Shown: piece after piece, positions 63,022-64,000 of the stretch
Numbering within the stretch: position 1 is the stretch's first letter
How the letters are laid out: every line of letters begins with the position of its first letter
Source: Porphyridium purpureum
Lineage: Eukaryota
Assembly (NCBI GenBank): GCA_008690995.1
Contig: VRMN01000005.1
Location: 868,001 to 932,000, forward strand
Direction of reading: 5' to 3'
DNA: 64,000 bases
Made by a program: the position numbers and the translations under genes
Notes under the pieces: model-generated
Seen by the model: the letters and a program-made list of their open reading frames with translations, nothing else
Databases searched by the model: none
Told to the model about the DNA's origin: nothing

Positions 63022-64000
63022 TCATCGCAGCGCCTGTTCACGTATGTACTGCTTGACTCCCTCTGCCTTCTCGGCCTTCACGACAAGCATGAGCCGGCGC
63101 GGATTCGACCAAAGCAACGCGTCGATCTCATTCGCGTGGGTCGTGAGCGCATCAAACGAGAGTGTGGATTCAAAGCCGTCGATCATGACCGCATCATCTG
63201 TGCGCACACGATCCTGCTCGGCTTCCCACAAATACAGCTCATCGCTGACGCAAGGAGGGATGCACGCCTTTTCCACCATGGGATGCAAATGCGCGTTCAA
63301 AAAGCGCACCAATTGTTCTGCGGTGATCCCATTACTCATGGCGGCACGCACAGAGCTCTTTGTGATATGGCCGACCACCAGATTCGGCAAGCGGTACCGC
63401 ATGTCCAGAAATAGCGAAAGTAGAGCAATTTGGAACGACGAGCTGGTGTAGGCGTACACGCGAAAGTTTGTTTCGACAATCAACTGCAGCTCGCCCATAT
63501 CAACAGAAAGATGTCCCCCGCTATGAGATGCCACATCTTCTTGCTTGCTATTAACCAAATTGACGCCCATTCGTGTCACGCAAAACGCTTGCTCCTTTTC
63601 CCCAACCTGGACGAGCCCAAGTTCGTCACAGCACTTCAAAAATCTGGATTGATTCGCGTCGAGGCACGACAGCTTGTATGGCTTGCCCGGCACAGCGAGT
63701 GCGATCTGGAAGAGCAGCCCCATGGCATCCACGCGGTGCTGACTCCCGGCGGGGAACAAGTGCTCTAGCATACACGCTAGCAGCGACCATATTTGTGCAT
63801 AGGTATCTTTGAGCAAGAACTGAAAGCCCACGTGAGTTATCCGAAGCCCTTCTTCGCAGTTCTCGAGCAGTCGCGTCTTGAGCAACGCATTCACAAGCTC
63901 ATCGGATGGACCGGATACACTAGCAGACTCCGAATCAGACCCTACAAGAAAATGCAGCACACGCTCCCATCGTCGCTTCGCAAAGACCTCCAGTCGCTGC
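63022..64000 (-). CDS. GTF2H4: TFIIH subunit p52/Tfb2, 5' end outside the window
   Basis: WERVLHFLV, ITHVGFQFLL, IVETNFRVYAYT, RLPNLVVG.IT..SV..A..NGITAEQ...FL..H, LWE.E.DR. Confidence 0.96.
   Translation of the reverse strand, partial: QRLEVFAKRRWERVLHFLVGSDSESASVSGPSDELVNALLKTRLLENCEEGLRITHVGFQFLLKDTYAQIWSLLACMLEHLFPAGSQHRVDAMGLLFQIALAVPGKPYKLSCLDANQSRFLKCCDELGLVQVGEKEQAFCVTRMGVNLVNSKQEDVASHSGGHLSVDMGELQLIVETNFRVYAYTSSSFQIALLSLFLDMRYRLPNLVVGHITKSSVRAAMSNGITAEQLVRFLNAHLHPMVEKACIPPCVSDELYLWEAEQDRVRTDDAVMIDGFESTLSFDALTTHANEIDALLWSNPRRLMLVVKAEKAEGVKQYIREQALR

Overview
Gene-dense, GC-rich, almost intron-free eukaryotic nuclear DNA. It is most likely from a unicellular red alga such as Porphyridium (inference from nuclear-encoded nad7, 'MAF-' type plastid transit peptides and only two detectable introns). 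About 20 host genes are supported: nad7/NDUFS2, double-FKBP, Cof-type HAD hydrolase, TAF6-like, COX7a-like, a 2312-aa RIIa/EF-hand repeat protein, a degenerate RHD3/Sey1-like protein, mitochondrial EF-G, MiaB/CDK5RAP1, three glycosyltransferase-like proteins, MMSDH, a pseudokinase-ANTH-TKL kinase, an ARID-SAP30 fusion, TRM112, a coiled-coil protein, YeeE/YedE, ENY2/Sus1 and TFIIH p52 (partial). Two transposon islands (~28.6-30.5 kb and ~40.3-53.9 kb) hold decayed Tc3-like DNA transposons into which LTR elements have inserted. One insertion is an intact, very young chromodomain Ty3/gypsy element with identical 278-bp LTRs. Most interesting: (1) this element joins gag and pol in frame across a UGA-CUA stop and has a 14-bp palindrome instead of a tRNA primer-binding site; (2) a giant protein whose N-terminus resembles flagellar radial spoke protein RSP7 in a presumably aflagellate lineage; (3) a P-loop-dead, TM-less Sey1-like protein with a beta-strand tail; (4) both introns have very long AG-free zones and distant branch points; (5) a CTGTAC motif clusters in host promoters and in the LTR U3. 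All family assignments are by-eye motif recognition; no searches were run.
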